64,000 nt of DNA from Candidatus Bathyarchaeia archaeon (GCA_050012255.1 JBEKHN010000006.1:32001-96000); one strand, 5' to 3'; positions 48,246-59,741 are shown, counted from the first letter of the stretch. Translations and numbers: made by a program. Notes: a model not told the origin generated them from the letters alone.

Positions 48246-49215
48246 CCCTTACGCCCTCGTCTGTTTTTCTAGCCTTGAAAGGTCTGCCTCCAGCCCTCAT
48301 GATTCCCTGCAAAACATCCTCAAGCTTGTCATCTTCGGCCAAAGCAATCATGCATCCGCCTCCGCCTGCTCCAGTCAGTTTCGCCCCCAGAGCTCCTGAT
48401 TTTTTCGCCGCGTTTATCAGCCATTCAAGCGATTCATCGGAGACACCCACTCCGTAGAGCAGGGCATGATTGATGTTCATAAGGTCCCCAAGAGTCTTCA
48501 GGTCGTTCGCTCTTAAGGCATCTATGGCTCTGAGCACGATTTCCCGCGCAGCCTTCCTTATAGGTTCAGCGATCCGCGGATAGTTGTCCATCAAGTTTCG
48601 CACTTTTTCAACCTGAACTCTCGTGGACCTTTCAACACCGGTGTTTCCGACGACCAAGGGAATGTCTGTTTTTACTTCAAGAGCCTTGAACCCTGTGTCC
48701 GTTTGAAACAGGAGGGCTCCACCGAAAGTAGCTATCGCCGGGTCCACGCCTGAAGGTGTGCCGTGCACAAGCTTCTCAGCTTCGAGGGCAACACGGAAAA
48801 CGTCTTCCTTCGACATTTTCACGTTCAGAAGAGCGCCAACCGCCGCAGTTACAGCGGTCACCACTGCGGCAGAAGACCCAAGACCGGCAGCAACAGGCAC
48901 GGTTGAGTTGATCTCGATGTCCAGACCGATATCGCTTTTGTGTGCAGCCAGGACTTTTTCCACGGCCAACTTGACTGGCTCAAACCTCAACCTGGCTTCT
49001 CTCACGTCTCCCTGTTCAACCTTAAAGACTCCGTCTTCAAAGTAGCCTTTCAGGTTCAGGTTTGCCGACCGGACGTGGACGCGTTTGTCCTCGCTGCGAT
49101 CCACCGTTGCGTAGGCTCTCCTGTCTATGGCCAAAACAATCGCGGGCTCGCCGTAGACTACGAAGTGTTCTCCGAAAAGTATGACTTTTGCTGGAGCTGA
49201 GGCAACGACCCTCAT
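48232..49215 (-). CDS. mvk: Mevalonate kinase
   Basis: PAKVILFGEHFVVYG, GLGSSAA, HGTPSGVD, KLTGAGGGG. Confidence 0.95.
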   Translation of the reverse strand: MRVVASAPAKVILFGEHFVVYGEPAIVLAIDRRAYATVDRSEDKRVHVRSANLNLKGYFEDGVFKVEQGDVREARLRFEPVKLAVEKVLAAHKSDIGLDIEINSTVPVAAGLGSSAAVVTAVTAAVGALLNVKMSKEDVFRVALEAEKLVHGTPSGVDPAIATFGGALLFQTDTGFKALEVKTDIPLVVGNTGVERSTRVQVEKVRNLMDNYPRIAEPIRKAAREIVLRAIDALRANDLKTLGDLMNINHALLYGVGVSDESLEWLINAAKKSGALGAKLTGAGGGGCMIALAEDDKLEDVLQGIMRAGGRPFKARKTDEGVRVEQP

Positions 49216-49224
49216 CCTAGACCA

Positions 49225-50076
49225 CTATTTTGTGAAACACACGGCGGCGTACCCAACGACGCTTGAGTAGTCGCCAATCACATCTCCACTGGTCTTATAG
49301 CATAATAATTTTGCCTCTTTTGCCCCCAACACCTTTGCGGCACTTATTAGGGCCGCTATTGGCCCAACGCCGCACGCGCTGATTTGATGAGACTCGACGG
49401 TTGAGATGAAACGGGCTTCATCCATTGCCTCCACTCCTTCAAGCGCTTTTCTGTCCTTTCTTTCGGCGATTTCCTGAGGCTCGTAGTGAGTCATGTCGGA
49501 AGAAGCTATGATAACAGCGTTCTTCTGAGAGGCAACCTTCGCCACGGCCTCTCCCACTTCTCTTGCTGAGGACAAATCCTGCATTAGGAAACAGATCGGC
49601 ACGATCTTGAATTCTGAACGATAAAGATACTGGAGAAATGGAAGCTGAACCTCGATTGAATGTTCATAATTGTGGGCAGAATCATCGATGTCAATGATTC
49701 GAGAATCTCGTGCGACTTGATCGGCTGCTTCACCGTCAACTTCAACGTCGCCCAGCGGCGTGCGCCAAGAACCCTCGTTCACGATGGCCAAGCCGCTTCC
49801 CACTCCTGTGTGGTTCGGTCCGAAAAGGAACACAACATCCGGTTTGCCGTCAACAGACAGACGGTAATAGGCGTGAGCGGCAACGGGGCCTGAAAACATG
49901 TAACCAGCGTGCGGACAGATGAGGCCTACAACTCGCCTAGGCCCAGTCGTCACAACTTCTGGAAGCTCTCCGGGCCCGAGCCTGCTGAGGAAGCACCCTT
50001 CTATCTGGCGCCTCAGCGGTTCAGCCTTCGCCTCGTAGAACGCTCCGGCTTGGCATGGACGCCGAACCCCTCCCAT
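49225..50076 (-). CDS. MEMO1 family protein (AmmeMemoRadiSam protein B)
   Basis: AGAFY, PHAGY, GPNH, EHSIEVQLPFLQ, SSDMTHY, CG. Confidence 0.92.
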   Translation of the reverse strand: MGGVRRPCQAGAFYEAKAEPLRRQIEGCFLSRLGPGELPEVVTTGPRRVVGLICPHAGYMFSGPVAAHAYYRLSVDGKPDVVFLFGPNHTGVGSGLAIVNEGSWRTPLGDVEVDGEAADQVARDSRIIDIDDSAHNYEHSIEVQLPFLQYLYRSEFKIVPICFLMQDLSSAREVGEAVAKVASQKNAVIIASSDMTHYEPQEIAERKDRKALEGVEAMDEARFISTVESHQISACGVGPIAALISAAKVLGAKEAKLLCYKTSGDVIGDYSSVVGYAAVCFTK

Positions 50077-50080
50077 CCTG

Positions 50081-50830
50081 TTAGGTTTCCTCCTCCTCCC
50101 TCGTGATCTTGGCTTCAAAATCATCAAGCGTAAGAGGTAAATCCTTGTCAGCGGCCAGTTCACCGCGTTCCCTCAGCACCTGCCTTGCAAGGAGCCAGTA
50201 GATGACGGCCAAGGCTCGCCTACCCTTGTTGTTTGTGGGAACAACAAAGTCGACCCCTACAAACTCGTTGTCCGTGCTGCACAAGGCCACGACTGGTATG
50301 CCGACGGCGGACGCCTCCTTAACTGCCTGAAGATCTGCCCTCGGGTCGGACACTATCAACACGTCCGGTTCAATGCGGTTAGGATACAACGGGTTTGACA
50401 AGAGCCCAGGGATGAACCTTCCAGCCACTGCAGTTGCTCCAGTAACCTTACAGAACTTGGTAACAGGCTCTTGCGCGTAAAGCCTAGCCGCCACCGCAGC
50501 GATTTTTGCAGGCTCGAACCGAGCTAGGAATTTAGCTGCCACCCGTATTCGATCATCTGTCTTCTTGACATCCAAAACGAAAAGTCCGTCAGGCCTCACG
50601 CGGTATATGAATTGTTCCATGTCTCCTGTTTTCATTCTTGTCCCGATGTGTACCCCAGCAGACAGCAAGGTATCCTGTGGCAGAAGAAGCTCTTCTTCAG
50701 GGGCCACCACCTCGGTTGTTCCTGCTGCCTCCGCGTTCTCTGCAGGTTTTACTTCTTCCTTCATCTCGTCCTGCTTGTCTTCTTCTTCATTTCCTTCTTT
50801 GATTTCTTCGTCTTCTGACAAACCTTTCAT
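50081..50830 (-). CDS. rps2: 30S ribosomal protein S2
   Basis: [23 protein letters not shown]; acidic N-terminal extension; ATG overlaps the eno stop. Confidence 0.95.
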   Translation of the reverse strand: MKGLSEDEEIKEGNEEEDKQDEMKEEVKPAENAEAAGTTEVVAPEEELLLPQDTLLSAGVHIGTRMKTGDMEQFIYRVRPDGLFVLDVKKTDDRIRVAAKFLARFEPAKIAAVAARLYAQEPVTKFCKVTGATAVAGRFIPGLLSNPLYPNRIEPDVLIVSDPRADLQAVKEASAVGIPVVALCSTDNEFVGVDFVVPTNNKGRRALAVIYWLLARQVLRERGELAADKDLPLTLDDFEAKITREEEET

Positions 50831-52089
50831 GCTCCTTTCGAAACCTCTAGATCCGCCATTCTGGCTCTGTCTCCAAGAAACTCCTCGATCCTTATCAGCT
50901 CGTTTATCTTTGCCGTGCGTGCAGCCTCGACGACTCCAGCCTTTATCACTGGACACTTATAAGCCACGGCCAGTTGGGCTATGTGCCAGTCGCACGTGTC
51001 ACCCGAACGGTGGGACATCACTGGAACGTACCCGTGTCTTTTTGCCATTTCAATCGTTTCCCAAGCATCAGAGAGAGTTCCCACTTGGTTCACCTTTATT
51101 ATGATCGCGTTTGCCGCGTGCATCCTTATTCCACGATTAAGTCTTTCACTGTTTGTCGTGAAAAGGTCGTCTCCACAGACCAAGCAGCCCTTGATCTTCT
51201 TGGAGAGCTCTGCAAAGCTGCTAAAATCTTCCTCGTGAAAAGGGTCTTCAACGTAGACCAAGTGATACTTCTTGGCCAGTTCAAGAACAAACTCCAACTG
51301 TTCGCCTGAATCGCGCTTCTTCTTTTCCCTTTCGTAGTTGTATTTTTTCTCTTTGCCATTCCAGAGGGAAGACGATGCAAAATCGACGCCCATACTGCAC
51401 ACAAGACCCAGTTCGCCGCCTTTTTCCTCACAGGCCTGGGTCAAAACCTCGAATGCCTCCGCGTCTCCTATGTTGGCGACCCAAGCCCCCTCATCACTTC
51501 TTCCGCCGCTGAAAAGCTTGTCCTTCTTGCTCAGTATTTCACCGACTTTCTTGTGAACCTGAACGTTTGCCGTAGCAGCTTCCAAGAAGGACTCAGCTCC
51601 GTGAGAAATCACCAGAAACTCTTGAATGTCCGGAGATTTTCCGCGCGTGTGTTGTCCACCGCTTAAAATGTTTCCCAATGGATAGGGAAGCTCACAGGCA
51701 ACGTGTCCGCCTAAATATCGGAAGAGAAGAAGTCCGCTGGAGTTTGCGGCTGCCTCGGCACTGGCCAGTGAAACGGCGAAAGCAGCGTTGCCGCCGATCG
51801 ACCTGAAGTCTTTTGAACCGTCGATTTCGTGCAGTGTATTGTCGATTTCTTCTTGGCAATCAGCGTTTAGCCCTATGATCTCTGGGGCTACAAGCTCTTC
51901 AACCCTTTTTATTGCCTGTTCAACCCCGCCCTGCGGATAGTAGACGACCTCCGCTTTTCCACGGCTCTTTCCGGCGGGCGCTGCGACTCTCCCGAAGCCT
52001 GAAGCGGTTATTACATCAACTTCTATAGTTTCCTCTCCCCGGTTGTTGAACACTTTTCTTGCTATGACATCCTCAATCACAGCCGCCAT
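50827..52089 (-). CDS. eno: Enolase
   Basis: GGQH..DIQEF, DEG, EDP, GDDL, KVNQVG, SHRSG. Confidence 0.93.
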   Translation of the reverse strand: MAAVIEDVIARKVFNNRGEETIEVDVITASGFGRVAAPAGKSRGKAEVVYYPQGGVEQAIKRVEELVAPEIIGLNADCQEEIDNTLHEIDGSKDFRSIGGNAAFAVSLASAEAAANSSGLLLFRYLGGHVACELPYPLGNILSGGQHTRGKSPDIQEFLVISHGAESFLEAATANVQVHKKVGEILSKKDKLFSGGRSDEGAWVANIGDAEAFEVLTQACEEKGGELGLVCSMGVDFASSSLWNGKEKKYNYEREKKKRDSGEQLEFVLELAKKYHLVYVEDPFHEEDFSSFAELSKKIKGCLVCGDDLFTTNSERLNRGIRMHAANAIIIKVNQVGTLSDAWETIEMAKRHGYVPVMSHRSGDTCDWHIAQLAVAYKCPVIKAGVVEAARTAKINELIRIEEFLGDRARMADLEVSKGA

Positions 52090-52112
52090 TGCTTTCTCCT
52101 CGATTGTCCTCG

Positions 52113-52340
52113 CTAGTAGTTTCTTGCCTCTTTCCGTTTTTCAGCCTCTTCACAAAAGCGCAGGACTTCGTCCAAAATCTCCACGTGCGACAGTAGCATG
52201 CGCCTGCAGCAGTAGCGTGTTACTCCCAGGTTGTCCAGCACTTCACCGGCGTTTTCACCCGCTTTGACTCTTCTGGCAAATTCTTCCCATTTGTCCCCGA
52301 TCAGTTTGCCACACGTGAAACATCTTACAGGGATGATCAA
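52113..52340 (-). CDS. rpoN: RNA polymerase subunit N (Rpo10)
   Basis: PVRCFTCGK...RYCCRRM. Confidence 0.97.
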   Translation of the reverse strand: MIIPVRCFTCGKLIGDKWEEFARRVKAGENAGEVLDNLGVTRYCCRRMLLSHVEILDEVLRFCEEAEKRKEARNY

Positions 52341-52355
52341 CCCGGTTCAACCTCT

Positions 52356-52766
52356 TTACCGGTAGCTCTTTTGGTCTCTCGACCGAGCGCCTGACCCGCC
52401 GAATTTTTTAGGCTCTTTCTTCCTGGAGTCTCCTGCAATCATTGTTCTGTCGTATTCCGCGAAAAGAGTCCGTAAATGAGTGCTCTTAGTCCACTTCAAT
52501 ATCGCGTTAGCAATGGCCGTGCGGGCGGCCTCTGCCTGGCCCATGTAACCTCCCCCCGAGGTTTTCACGTCCAAGTCTAGCTGTTTCCAAATCTCATCTC
52601 CAGCCTGCATGAGCGGTTCCATCATCTTCTCACGCGCGATTTCGGGTTCAAAAATCTCCAGGGGGATTCGGTTTACGTAGACTCTTCCAACCCCCGGTCT
52701 CACGACTACGCGTGAAAGGGCTGTTTTCCTCTTTCCGCTCACCACGAGAGTTTTCTTAGCTGGCAC
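52356..52766 (-). CDS. rps9: 30S ribosomal protein S9
   Basis: GKRKTA, GGG..GQ, EPKKFGG..AR..QKSYR. Confidence 0.97.
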   Translation of the reverse strand: MPAKKTLVVSGKRKTALSRVVVRPGVGRVYVNRIPLEIFEPEIAREKMMEPLMQAGDEIWKQLDLDVKTSGGGYMGQAEAARTAIANAILKWTKSTHLRTLFAEYDRTMIAGDSRKKEPKKFGGSGARSRDQKSYR

Positions 52767-52768
52767 TC

Positions 52769-53224
52769 TTATTCACCCTGGTTCCACCCTATATCTTTCG
52801 CCAACTCGCCGACTGTGAAGCATGGGCATGTTAGCCTTTTTGCCTGAGCTTCGGGTACGGTTTCCATCTTCTGGTTTTTGAGGTCGTCCGGAATTCCTAT
52901 AAACACTCTCAGCCGTTTGTACGCTTGTTTTCCCTTAGGTTTCTTTGACGGTATCATGCCGCCGACGGTCTTTCTGACTATTCTGTCAGGTCGCCTGTAG
53001 TGGAATGGTCCCCGGTTAACACCTCCCACCGCCAGAAATTCTTTGGCTTCGGCTACTTTGCTTCTTTTTCTTCCGGACATCACCGCTTTCTCAGCGTTCA
53101 CAATGACTATTTCCTCACCGGTCAACAGACGTTTGGCAATTTTGCTTGCCATCCTGCCCAGTATCAGCCCGTCAGCATTCACTACAGTGACAGGTTTACT
53201 AGTTGTCTCCATATTTTCACCCAA
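52769..53224 (-). CDS. rpl13: 50S ribosomal protein L13
   Basis: ILGRMAS..AK.LL, NAEKA, GPFH..RP. Confidence 0.95.
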   Translation of the reverse strand: MGENMETTSKPVTVVNADGLILGRMASKIAKRLLTGEEIVIVNAEKAVMSGRKRSKVAEAKEFLAVGGVNRGPFHYRRPDRIVRKTVGGMIPSKKPKGKQAYKRLRVFIGIPDDLKNQKMETVPEAQAKRLTCPCFTVGELAKDIGWNQGE

Positions 53225-53579
53225 TAATCTTGACGTTTGACCCCTTAGGGTTTTTCTTGATAAGGTCGAAGAAGGACAAACACTTCCCCCTCGCAGCTGC
53301 TATCTTTTCCCTTGCCCTTGCAGAGAACGCAAACGCTGCTATCGTTACGGGATGGCTTAATTTGCCCGTGGCAAGCACCTTGCCAGCAACGGCTACTGTC
53401 TCGCTCCTGCGCGTGAACCTGTTCAAGCGGCTCAGGTTCACGACGATGCCTCTTCTTCTTGGCTTGGCAAGACGATCGGCAACGTCCCACCAGATCTCAG
53501 CATCGTTTTCTCTGCATTGCTTCTTGAGGAAATTAATGACTTCCAAGAGTTCTGGGTTTGTGGCCTTAATCTTCTTCAC
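53217..53579 (-). CDS. rpl18e: 50S ribosomal protein L18e
   Basis: TNP, VNLSRLNR, GKVL, AFAFS..A..KI. Confidence 0.95.
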   Translation of the reverse strand: MKKIKATNPELLEVINFLKKQCRENDAEIWWDVADRLAKPRRRGIVVNLSRLNRFTRRSETVAVAGKVLATGKLSHPVTIAAFAFSARAREKIAAARGKCLSFFDLIKKNPKGSNVKIIG

Positions 53580-54387
53580 TTTTTTTCACCTTGATTTGAT
53601 TCTCAAGCTCCTTCAGCTGCTTGTCCAGTGTCTTGACGGCTTCTGTGAGGATTCGTTCGGCAGGAAGTGCCTGTGTGGACTCGATATTGAATATGTAGGC
53701 ATCTTCTTCTCCGGAAGCCGTTATTGCACGCGGGTTCTCTGGGCAAGCTTCAGCGCAGTCTTGGCAAAGTGTGCAAGCCATCAGGTCGCGGACTTCAATT
53801 CTGTTGTCAGTCTTGACCAAGACCTTCCTTGGACACATTTCCACGCATTTTCCGCAGACACTGCACTTCTTGCTTATCTCGATCTTGGGGAAGTACTTGT
53901 ATGTGCACATTGAAACTGGCTGCCACTTTGCGTGATTTTTCCCTTTCCCAAGCCTGGCGTAGGCCTCAAGCCTTATTTTCTGCTCTTTGGCCAGTTTCAC
54001 GATTGGAATCTTGTCGCTCACCGCTACAACCGATTCGCTCTCTGATTTAAGGTCGCCTGAATAGATTGTCTTAGACCCCTCCTTTGCTTCGACGTCAAGA
54101 GCAAGTGTCACCCTGCAGAGGTTGCATCCGAATTCGCTTTTGCATGGACATTCTTCGGGCAGGTTATAACTGTCCAAGTCGGTCTTAAGAGGAATAAGCC
54201 CAAGTCTGTGGGCGATGATCTCATCCTGAATTATCGACGAATTCTCAACCATCACGATTTCGTCTATCGCCATGCATGGCACCTCTGAGAGCACTATCCT
54301 TCTCAGGGCGTTAACGTACGGAACGTTCACTCCTCGAATGAGCAGGCGCAGATTGTCCTCGTCTTTCTTGAGCACCTTTATTTCCAC
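53566..54387 (-). CDS. rpoD: RNA polymerase subunit D (Rpo3) with ferredoxin-like insert
   Basis: NALRR, DEIIAHRLGLIPL, HAKWQP, CSVCGKC..CP and CTLCQDC; start approximate. Confidence 0.95.
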   Translation of the reverse strand: MEIKVLKKDEDNLRLLIRGVNVPYVNALRRIVLSEVPCMAIDEIVMVENSSIIQDEIIAHRLGLIPLKTDLDSYNLPEECPCKSEFGCNLCRVTLALDVEAKEGSKTIYSGDLKSESESVVAVSDKIPIVKLAKEQKIRLEAYARLGKGKNHAKWQPVSMCTYKYFPKIEISKKCSVCGKCVEMCPRKVLVKTDNRIEVRDLMACTLCQDCAEACPENPRAITASGEEDAYIFNIESTQALPAERILTEAVKTLDKQLKELENQIKVKKSEED

Positions 54388-54492
54388 TTGCTTGGACACT
54401 CCATAACGGACTATGCTAACCAGCGTGCCGTTCAATAAGACATTGGTGCATTATTTCAATTTTTCTATCAGGAGAAGAACAGCAGGAACCTC

Positions 54493-54894
54493 TTAGACTC
54501 TTCTTCCCCTTCTGCCGCCTGGCCTCCTTGTGCCATCATGCGGGATAGGTGTAACCTCTTCTATCCGTTCTATCCGGAAGCCTGCCCTTGCTAGCGCTCT
54601 GATCGCTGCCTGAGCGCCTGGTCCAGGCGTTCTTGGACCTGCGCCTCCCGGAGCTCTCACCTTGATGTGTATCGCGGTTATGCCCTTGTCCTTGGCCGCG
54701 TCAGCCGCCAGCGAAGCTGCACGCATTGCAGCGTACGGCGAAGATTCCATCCTGTCGGCTTTCACAACCATGCCTCCAGACGTTCTGGCTATTGTTTCTG
54801 CACCAGAGATGTCGGTCATGTGGATTATTGTGTTGTTATAGGAGCTGAAAATGTGAACAACCGCATATTTTTCGGTCTTCTTGCTGGAACTCAA
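54493..54894 (-). CDS. rps11: 30S ribosomal protein S11
   Basis: [34 protein letters not shown]. Confidence 0.97.
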   Translation of the reverse strand: MSSSKKTEKYAVVHIFSSYNNTIIHMTDISGAETIARTSGGMVVKADRMESSPYAAMRAASLAADAAKDKGITAIHIKVRAPGGAGPRTPGPGAQAAIRALARAGFRIERIEEVTPIPHDGTRRPGGRRGRRV

Positions 54895-55466
54895 AAGCCC
54901 TCTCCCTCCCCTCTTACCTTCTCGCGGCTAGCCTGTGACTGGGGCGCCACAGTTATTGTCTGGCGCAAAGGGTGACTTGGATTTGCAAGTGAGCTTTGAG
55001 TCATGTAGTCTATTTGGCCCTCTTCAGGCTTTGTCACCATACGACCAGGTATCTTAACCCTCTGGCCCCCTATCGTTACGTGTCCATGAGTAATAAGCTG
55101 ACGGGATTGTTGGATCGTCTTTGCTAGGCCCTTACGCAAGACGATCGTTTGCAGTCTTCGTTCAAGGATGTCTTCTATCGTCATGTCCAGAACGTCGTCC
55201 AAGACTGCCGTTTCAGGAAGAATGCCCAGCCTCTTCAAACGGGTTAAGAGTTCTTCCTCCATTTTCTTGCGTTCCTCAGGTGTCTTGCCTATGAGCGAGC
55301 GTGCCGTGCCCCTGAACGTCGACAGCATCGTTTCTTGCCGCCAAAGTTCATGCTTGTTTCTCAAACCGTACTGGCCAATTAGCTTAAGCTCTTCCTGCAT
55401 TATGTCTGTTCGCCATGGAAATCGCGGAGTATCGTACTTCTTTCTCTGCTTCCTAGGGTCGCCCAT
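54891..55466 (-). CDS. rps4: 30S ribosomal protein S4
   Basis: [27 protein letters not shown]. Confidence 0.97.
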   Translation of the reverse strand: MGDPRKQRKKYDTPRFPWRTDIMQEELKLIGQYGLRNKHELWRQETMLSTFRGTARSLIGKTPEERKKMEEELLTRLKRLGILPETAVLDDVLDMTIEDILERRLQTIVLRKGLAKTIQQSRQLITHGHVTIGGQRVKIPGRMVTKPEEGQIDYMTQSSLANPSHPLRQTITVAPQSQASREKVRGEGEGF

Positions 55467-55948
55467 TACTTCTTACTCTCCGCGGCACCCGGCCTTTGCA
55501 TGAGCGTTTTCTTCTTAACCCCAAGAGCCTTGCCTGCCCTGCCAGTGGTCTTGGTTCTCTGACCCCGCACCTTCAGCCCGTAAGCGTGCCTGTATCCACG
55601 CCAAGACTTTATCGACTTCATCTGGTCTATGTCCATCTTGGTCCTCAGAACGAGCCCAGCGCTGATCAAATGTCCATCCTTTCCGGTTTCCGCGTCTTTC
55701 CGTCTGTTCAAAAGCCAGCTTGGCAAACCGTGCGATGCCGGGTCCTTAATTATCTCTTCCACCGAATCTATTTCCGTTTCCGTAAGAAAACCTGCCCTCT
55801 TGTTCGGGTTTATTCCCGCCTTCTTCAGTATCGCGTTTCCCAAGCTCAGACTGATCCCTTTGACTTTTGACAGCGCGTAAGACACTTTCAACGTGCCGTC
55901 AACGTCAGCGTCTATTATTCTGAGCCTGTACCTGAACTCCTCTGACAT
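55466..55948 (-). CDS. rps13: 30S ribosomal protein S13
   Basis: WLLNRRKD, WRGYRH..GLKVRGQRTKTTGR. Confidence 0.97.
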   Translation of the reverse strand: MSEEFRYRLRIIDADVDGTLKVSYALSKVKGISLSLGNAILKKAGINPNKRAGFLTETEIDSVEEIIKDPASHGLPSWLLNRRKDAETGKDGHLISAGLVLRTKMDIDQMKSIKSWRGYRHAYGLKVRGQRTKTTGRAGKALGVKKKTLMQRPGAAESKK

Positions 55949-56148
55949 TCATCGTCATCCATTATTGACCGAAGCTACCTAGAGATAAACCGTATTTTAT
56001 TTAAGAATATCGGTCTCCCAACAAGACTTCATGCTTCCCGCCGACTCTCCGTGAACAGTTTTGCCCCTTCATTTTGAAACATGTTCACGTTTTCTTTTGT
56101 CAACCCTCTAGTGTTTAGTCCAACGCATCCTGCACGTTCGGGGGCCCA

Positions 56149-57513
56149 CTAGGGATTCGTTTTCCCGAAGTTCTCGGCCATGATTATTGCATCGTAGATG
56201 TCCACTGCGTTATCACCGTTGATATCCGCGTTAGGGTTCCAGTTTGAGTTACCAGAAGAAGAGTTAAACGCGTTAGCCAATATGATTGCGTCGTATATGT
56301 CCACGCTTCTGTCGCCGTTCAAGTCGCCTGGAATTGTGATGGTTACCAAGCCATCAACACGCGAGTTGTCTGATGTGTCCGTTTCCCCCGAAACAGGACC
56401 AGCACTGGCGCTCACATTATATTTGCCCTTTGTCATGTTCACGGTGCTACTGTTAAAGATAAGTTCTGCTTCCTCTGCACTTGCAAGAGTTACCATCTGT
56501 GTTCCAACGAGTGTCGCGTTAGCGTAAGCTGTGACGTTGAACGTTTCACTGAACACTCCGTAGTCTTTCACGAAGACTCCTATGCTCATGTTATAGCCTT
56601 GACCTACAACCGTTTTCAACAGTATCAAACCGATAACGGCTATATCATGGCCCGGAGTAAGTATGGTAACCGGCGTATTTGCTATTCCCGTATTGTTTCC
56701 CGTGTTCACTTCTCCCGGGGCAAGGCTTACTGAAGCCGAGATTTTGTAGTCTCCTTTTCCAAAGCCGGAGGTGTTCCACGTGAAGGCAAGGTTTGCAGAA
56801 GAACCGATAGTCAAGTAGACTGGCTGCATCCCGATGACCTGCGAGTTGGCGTAGACTGTGACGTTGAAGTTCTCGTCGAAACCGCCTAGGTCCTGAACAG
56901 TGACGTTGATGCCCACGAGAGTTCCGATAGGCACTGCGGTGGGTGAAACTTGAACATCCTTGACTGCTACGTCATGTGGGGAGGTGAAGTAGCCGTAGCC
57001 GCCCACAACTTGGCATGGGATATCCGTCGGATTGGTGGAGTTGCCATCCACTAGTGTCGCATTGTACAAGTGTAAAGAAGATTGGCCTACATCTTTAACG
57101 TAGAAGGTTAATGTGGCCAATATTCCATCGCCATTGACTCCCGGGGCTGCTCCTTCTAGCGTGCAGTCCACTATCATGTGACCTTGCGTGCCGCTGTTGT
57201 AAGTGAAGAAAGTCGTGCCGCCGGCCTTCAAGAATGGACCTTCGATGATGTCAACCGAGTCCAGCAGGGATGCAGTCCAGTTAAGCGTGAACTCCCAACC
57301 GTAGACGCCGTAAGGGTCTGAAACGTTTCCGACTGTGACGTTTACGCTGAAGCTTTGGCCGACGCTGGCTGTTATAGATGGAGGAGATACAGCAACTGTT
57401 GCAGAACCTGCCTGAGCTGAGCATTCAAGTACGGAAACTGGTAACATAACCGAGAAGAGGCACAAGACAAGGCAGACGCATATTGAACATTCTTCATGCC
57501 TGCCTCTCTTCAT
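56149..57513 (-). CDS. Secreted cohesin + two CARDB-like + dockerin protein
   Basis: Signal peptide; cohesin-like FSVNV..YGWEF.L.W..EGPFL..G.GILATLTF; two HD(V/I)AV repeats; dockerin GDLNGDRSVDIYD / ADINGDNAVDIYD. Confidence 0.8.
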   Translation of the reverse strand: MKRGRHEECSICVCLVLCLFSVMLPVSVLECSAQAGSATVAVSPPSITASVGQSFSVNVTVGNVSDPYGVYGWEFTLNWTASLLDSVDIIEGPFLKAGGTTFFTYNSGTQGHMIVDCTLEGAAPGVNGDGILATLTFYVKDVGQSSLHLYNATLVDGNSTNPTDIPCQVVGGYGYFTSPHDVAVKDVQVSPTAVPIGTLVGINVTVQDLGGFDENFNVTVYANSQVIGMQPVYLTIGSSANLAFTWNTSGFGKGDYKISASVSLAPGEVNTGNNTGIANTPVTILTPGHDIAVIGLILLKTVVGQGYNMSIGVFVKDYGVFSETFNVTAYANATLVGTQMVTLASAEEAELIFNSSTVNMTKGKYNVSASAGPVSGETDTSDNSRVDGLVTITIPGDLNGDRSVDIYDAIILANAFNSSSGNSNWNPNADINGDNAVDIYDAIIMAENFGKTNP

Positions 57514-57600
57514 AGTGCTACTGCTTCCATATCAAACCAGTGTATAATCGCGGCTAATTTACGTTGTTCTCGAAAAAAAGAAGAGGAAATGGTTTAGAGT

Positions 57601-58461
57601 TTAGCCCTGTATGTTTGCAGCAATCGTTGTTAGGTCGCCGATGTCGATTTTACCGTCGCCGTTCAAGTCTAAGCTAGAGTCGTAGTTTCCGAACCCTGGT
57701 GCCTCCCCATAGTGCTTGGCCACCTTCACGAGATCGTTTATGTCAACTTTGCCACGCGGGTTACCTTGTGCGTCGCCTAGGTCACATATGTTCAACTCAT
57801 GGGTCCACTCTATCCCTTTCCGCGCGAAGCCGCTCAGCGTCCCCACGCCGTCAATGCTTAGCGCGAACTTTCCTATCCACCCATAAACTCCTCCCCAGTC
57901 GGCAACGAGTGTACCGTTTGCGTTGGTAGCCACAGGGGTATCCGTCCATGTGACTGTTATCTGTCTCATATGTTCGCCCCATGTTATGTTGATGGTCTGT
58001 GTCCTTTCTGAGACATTCCAGTAGCCCGCTAAGTAGAAGTCATGACCTGTCTCTGTCTTGTTAAAGCCTAGCTCAGTAACGTTGAGTAACCTTGCAGTGT
58101 AGAAGGAAAACGTGTAGGAGAAATTTCCCATTTCCGTTTCACTGACGTTGACCTCGCCTAGTGGATGGTCACCCAACGGGTAGGCGCGCATGATATCCGA
58201 CCAAGTCGCGTGCGCCATGGCCCACTCGTGAACTGTGCCATTCTTGTTTACTACTGCAGCGTTGGCCACGATCCAGCCAAAGGTCTTAGTCGTGTTTCCA
58301 TTGGTCATATTCCATTGGGTGATATATCCATTCATTCGAACCCACGTGCCCTGTGATTGGACATCTGCATTAGCAAAATTCGGAACGAAGCTAAAGACGC
58401 TCATTGCCATCATTGCAAGCATGATTCCAGTTATTGCCTTTTTCATATGTTTTCGCTCCAA
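57601..58461 (-). CDS. Secreted protein with C-terminal dockerin-like domain
   Basis: Signal peptide; GKVDINDL..VAKHYG and DLNGDGKIDIGDL EF-hand-like repeats. Confidence 0.75.
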   Translation of the reverse strand: MERKHMKKAITGIMLAMMAMSVFSFVPNFANADVQSQGTWVRMNGYITQWNMTNGNTTKTFGWIVANAAVVNKNGTVHEWAMAHATWSDIMRAYPLGDHPLGEVNVSETEMGNFSYTFSFYTARLLNVTELGFNKTETGHDFYLAGYWNVSERTQTINITWGEHMRQITVTWTDTPVATNANGTLVADWGGVYGWIGKFALSIDGVGTLSGFARKGIEWTHELNICDLGDAQGNPRGKVDINDLVKVAKHYGEAPGFGNYDSSLDLNGDGKIDIGDLTTIAANIQG

Positions 58462-58817
58462 TTTCCTTAAACCATTTAGTAGACGTGAAATAAAAGCATT
58501 TCTGAGGTGCTTTTCCGTTTTTATTGCTTGTAATCGTTTATTTCAGTTCAATATAGTTCATCTTAGTCTTATTTTGGTTCAGAAGCGCAATTCTTGACTC
58601 TTAGTATCTTCGCAGCGGAAAGATTGGATTCTTACAAGAAGGCCCAACAAGTGCCAAAGCAATGTGTTCCCAAAGCTCAGAGCGGCTCATTGGCGGTTCG
58701 ATGCACGATTTGCCCAGATAGCACCTCAGTGTTACAAGCAGTCGCCGCTAGAAATTTGGATTCCGAGTTTATAATTCTTAAATACCTCCGAACCACTCTC
58801 CAACATGAAGATAACTG

Positions 58818-59741
58818 ATGAAAACTTTTATGCTGATTGCTACAGCTTCTCTACTTCTGCTCCTAATTCCTTATGCAACAGTGCTGTGCGAAAGCCAACC
58901 CACGTACGCAATTCAAATTGGCAGCGATGGCTCGGCAAAGTGGACCGTGACCCAGACTCTAGAAATCAACTCTTCCATTGAAACCCTAGAAACGCTTCAG
59001 AACAGGATAACACTTCTTGTTGAGGCATCAGAAAGCACGACGGGAAGGGCCATGGCTGCCAGCGTGGATTCGTTAACGTTCACGCGACCAACGAACTCCT
59101 CGTACATTGAGGCGGAATACAAGTTTCAGTGGGAAAACTTTTGCGAGATCCTAGATACGCACATTGTGATAGGCGATGTGTTTCGAAGTCCAAACTTCTT
59201 CGATCAACTCTATGGTGACGGCGAGGTTTACATAACGTACCCGCCGCAGTACGTCGTTCAAACCGTCCAGCCCGCGCCCTTTACGCGGAACGATTCCATC
59301 CAGACCCTCAAGTGGCTTGGGACGAAGGATCTCCAAAACGGCACAAGAATAGTTTTAACGCAAGAATCGACAACTCTGAGCTTCATTGACACGTTGAAAG
59401 GGAATGCAGTTCTAATTGCAGGTCTCCTGGCAATCGCCGCTGGTTCTTCGGTAGGCTTCTACATCTTCAGGCAATATAAGAAAAAGAAGAGCAAGGCTCC
59501 AGAAAACGTTGAATTCAGAAGTCTTGCGGGAATGGAGAGTGATGAAGAGAAAACCGTGAAGCTGATCAGATCCGCAGGGGGGAGCCTCTATCAATCCGCT
59601 ATCACAAATCAACTCGGATTCTCGAAGGCGAAGACCAGTCAGCTTCTAGGAATCCTAGAGCAAAAGGGAGTGATTAGGAGATACAAGAAGGGAAGAGACA
59701 AGATAGTAGTCCTTCTGGAAAAAGACAAGAGTGAAATATGA
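58818..59741 (+). CDS. Membrane-anchored protein with extracellular domain and cytoplasmic winged HTH
   Basis: Signal, single TM, then GGSLYQSAI..LGFSKAKTSQLL..LEQKG.I.R.KKGR. Confidence 0.8.
   Translation: MKTFMLIATASLLLLLIPYATVLCESQPTYAIQIGSDGSAKWTVTQTLEINSSIETLETLQNRITLLVEASESTTGRAMAASVDSLTFTRPTNSSYIEAEYKFQWENFCEILDTHIVIGDVFRSPNFFDQLYGDGEVYITYPPQYVVQTVQPAPFTRNDSIQTLKWLGTKDLQNGTRIVLTQESTTLSFIDTLKGNAVLIAGLLAIAAGSSVGFYIFRQYKKKKSKAPENVEFRSLAGMESDEEKTVKLIRSAGGSLYQSAITNQLGFSKAKTSQLLGILEQKGVIRRYKKGRDKIVVLLEKDKSEI

Noticed and set aside
37881-55948. smc-scpAB, isoprenoid and ribosomal/RNAP operons as novelty
   Set aside because: Standard conserved archaeal gene content and order.
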